Assembly (NCBI GenBank): GCA_965216785.1
Contig: OZ244197.1
Span: forward strand, 2,464,001-2,528,000
Origin: Thermodesulfobacteriota bacterium
Lineage (GTDB): Bacteria > Desulfobacterota_D > UBA1144 > Nemesobacterales > UBA2774
Direction: 5' to 3'
DNA: 64,000 nt
Shown here piece by piece: positions 61,827 through 64,000 of the stretch (the first letter of the stretch is position 1; each line of letters starts with the position of its first letter). Both the position numbers and the translations under genes were made by a program. Below the pieces are notes generated by a model. It did no database searches. It saw only the letters and a program-made list of their open reading frames with translations, and had not been told where the DNA came from.

Positions 61827-62738
61827 ATGGGAACAAGTATAGGAATGGGTAAACCGGGCAGAGGCCTGGTTATAACGGTAGTGTTTTTAGGTTTTGCGCT
61901 TCTGGCGGGTTGCGCTAATCACCAGTCTGTAAACGACTTCAGCATGGGGACTTCTGAATTTGCGAGCTCATACGATAGTATGTATCCCGGCAGTTACGAT
62001 ACATGCCTTTCTACCGCTGAGATCAGAAACATAATCATGGAGCTCGGGGAAACACCCTCGAGATCTCCGCTAACTCAATTAAGTGACGACAAAGCTCAGT
62101 GCGCAGGGTTCAACTCCGCGACAGAGGCTTTTAGCCAAACATCAATCGGGTTATACGATTTCAGCAAGGCGCTGGAGCTGGTTGCCACAAGGAGCCAGCT
62201 GGGCTCAATCAATGAAGCTCAGTTCATACCCCAGTTCTCGGGAATTGACGAGAGTGCGGCAGAACAAGTACCGGAGCTCGGCGCTCACAGAGAGGAGATT
62301 GCTCAGGTCAATACATGGAAGGATTATTTCCAAAGCTTTTTTGTTCAGAAAACTCCCCAGGAGATGATACTTGAGACTAACCCTCAGGTTACCGCGACAC
62401 TCGCTCTTTTGAGCGTATTTTCAGATATTTACCAGGTGCAGCTCGACAACTACGAGAGGAACATAAAAGTGTTGGATACTCTTCTTTACGATGTACAGTC
62501 TGAAGACCCAGTGAAAAGAACTTTTGTCATGAACCGTTCAAGAGATCAAAATAGCCGGCAGCAACTTCTGAAGAACTATAACGAGGCGCTTCAGGCGGTG
62601 AAAGATTCCTACAAGAAAATTTACGAGCGCTCTGAGCTAACGAACCCTCATTATAAAGACCCTATATTCCAGCAGGACATGAAAGAGTTCTTGATCAAGA
62701 TATCTAACCTTATACAGCAGTCAAAAATTATTTCGTAG
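61827..62738 (+). CDS. Hypothetical lipoprotein, likely alpha-helical
   Basis: SD AGGAGG; lipobox LLAGC. Confidence 0.7.
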   Translation: MGTSIGMGKPGRGLVITVVFLGFALLAGCANHQSVNDFSMGTSEFASSYDSMYPGSYDTCLSTAEIRNIIMELGETPSRSPLTQLSDDKAQCAGFNSATEAFSQTSIGLYDFSKALELVATRSQLGSINEAQFIPQFSGIDESAAEQVPELGAHREEIAQVNTWKDYFQSFFVQKTPQEMILETNPQVTATLALLSVFSDIYQVQLDNYERNIKVLDTLLYDVQSEDPVKRTFVMNRSRDQNSRQQLLKNYNEALQAVKDSYKKIYERSELTNPHYKDPIFQQDMKEFLIKISNLIQQSKIIS

Positions 62739-62760
62739 TTTTTTTGATATAAAAAAATAT

Positions 62761-62786
62761 ACGCCCCGCGCTCCTGTGCGGGGCGT
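62761..62786. terminator. Bidirectional terminator hairpin
   Basis: ACGCCCCGC-GCTCCTGT-GCGGGGCGT between convergent genes with A/T-rich flanks. Confidence 0.75.
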
Positions 62787-62788
62787 TA

Positions 62789-63883
62789 TTAATTCTTATT
62801 TTCGTAAGTAACTCTGTATATAGAGCCTGTAAAATCATCCGAAATATAAAGCTCACCTTCCCCTCCCACTAAGACATCTACGGGTCTTCCCGTGCGCTTA
62901 CCGCCCTTGAGCCAGCCGCTCGCAAAATCCTTCACCTCAACAGGCTTCCCGTCTTTCATGCTTACACGTACTACCTTATACCCCGTAGGCACCGTACGGT
63001 TCCAGGAGCCGTGATAGGCAATAAATAAATCGCCCTTATAATCATCCGGAAACATAGCGCCCTCATAAAACGTGAGGCCGAGCGGAGCGGAATGCGCTTG
63101 AAGCTCAACCGCAGGCGCAATAGTGTCGACGCACTTTTTGGGATCGTCATAGTCAGGGTCTGGTATCTTGTCCCCGTAACAGTATGGCCAACCATAGTCC
63201 TTTCCCTCTCTTACTATATTCACTTCATCAGGGGGAAGGTTATCACCCAGCCAGTCCCTTCCGTTATCAGTAGCCCAAAGCTCCCCTGTAGCCCCATGCC
63301 ATGTAAGCCCGACCGAATTTCTGAGACCTGTGGCATATATCTCAAAACCCGTTCCATCCGGATTAAAGCGCATTATGGTTGCGCGCCTTTTATCTTCTTC
63401 TATGCATACGTTGCACGTAGAGCCCATAGACAGATACATCTTTTTGTCGGGACCGAACCCAAGAGTCTTTGTAAAGTGCCCCTTTGTCGGAAGCCCCGGT
63501 ATAAGTATCTCTTTCTCACCAGGGGACTTGTCCGCGCCCTCATATTTAAACCTGACCACTTGATCCGTCTCGCCAACATAAAGATAACCGTCATGAAATG
63601 CAATACTGTTCGGCCTCTTAAGCCCTGTAGCAAATTTATTAACACTGTCAGAGCGCCCGTCGCCGTTTTTATCTGGCAGCGCTATAACCGCGCCCCCGCC
63701 CATGTCGGCCACGAACAGCACTCCGTCCGGGCTCATAGCCATAAACCTCGGGTTATCCATACCCCCCGCGTATTCCTCTATCTTAAATCCCCCGGGCAGA
63801 TTGATTTCATCCAGGGAAGAATATGCATCAATTGGCAATATGACAGATATGGTCAATATAAAGTATATTAAACGTATTCTCAT
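62789..63883 (-). CDS. PQQ-dependent sugar/sorbosone dehydrogenase family beta-propeller
   Basis: Signal peptide; GSTCNVC, GLRNSVG, DNGRDWLGD..PPDE, YGWPYC, AHSAPLG, HGSWNR, GRPVDV. Confidence 0.88.
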   Translation of the reverse strand: MRIRLIYFILTISVILPIDAYSSLDEINLPGGFKIEEYAGGMDNPRFMAMSPDGVLFVADMGGGAVIALPDKNGDGRSDSVNKFATGLKRPNSIAFHDGYLYVGETDQVVRFKYEGADKSPGEKEILIPGLPTKGHFTKTLGFGPDKKMYLSMGSTCNVCIEEDKRRATIMRFNPDGTGFEIYATGLRNSVGLTWHGATGELWATDNGRDWLGDNLPPDEVNIVREGKDYGWPYCYGDKIPDPDYDDPKKCVDTIAPAVELQAHSAPLGLTFYEGAMFPDDYKGDLFIAYHGSWNRTVPTGYKVVRVSMKDGKPVEVKDFASGWLKGGKRTGRPVDVLVGGEGELYISDDFTGSIYRVTYENKN

Positions 63884-64000
63884 AAGTGATAAGCTCTTAC
63901 CAAGTTTTCTTTTTTCCGGACATAAAATCCGATTTATTCCATATCAAGCTGTTTTTCTAGATCGAGCAGCATATCTAAGTCAAAAGTCTGCTCAAACACA

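Noticed and set aside
63092-63871. 259-aa plus-strand ORF
   Set aside because: Antisense shadow of the sugar dehydrogenase gene

Overview
Bacterial chromosomal window, mostly housekeeping. The gene content looks deltaproteobacterial or Dadabacteria-like, but that assignment is only an inference. In order: an opp/dpp peptide ABC operon; yceD-rpmF-fabD-fabG-acpP-fabF; a TCA block (acnA, icd, mdh, a mycobacterial Sdh1-type sdhCAB, sucC); heat-shock genes (rpoH-dnaK and grpE-dnaK2-dnaJ) flanking rpmE, an EF-G paralogue and ppx; a ThrC-like PLP enzyme with a MoaD/ThiS sulfur carrier near gloB and metH; hemB, glnS, a catalytically degenerate PurN-like gene, cdsA, an mlaEFD-pqiC-like operon, an ICL/PEPM-family lyase and chrA. 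The last ~12 kb is accessory. It holds a modular non-coding repeat family led by AATGG(GG)ACAGAGGC at 51.6-51.8 kb and, inverted, at 59.3-59.6 kb. Between the copies lie a MerR-like gene, dinB, an AT-rich two-gene cassette (one product resembles a class III nucleotidyl-cyclase fold) and a MEDS-LuxR gene with a nonsense codon. Just beyond the second array are a frameshifted response regulator and a histidine kinase. No rRNA, tRNA, CRISPR array, integrase or transposase was recognised.
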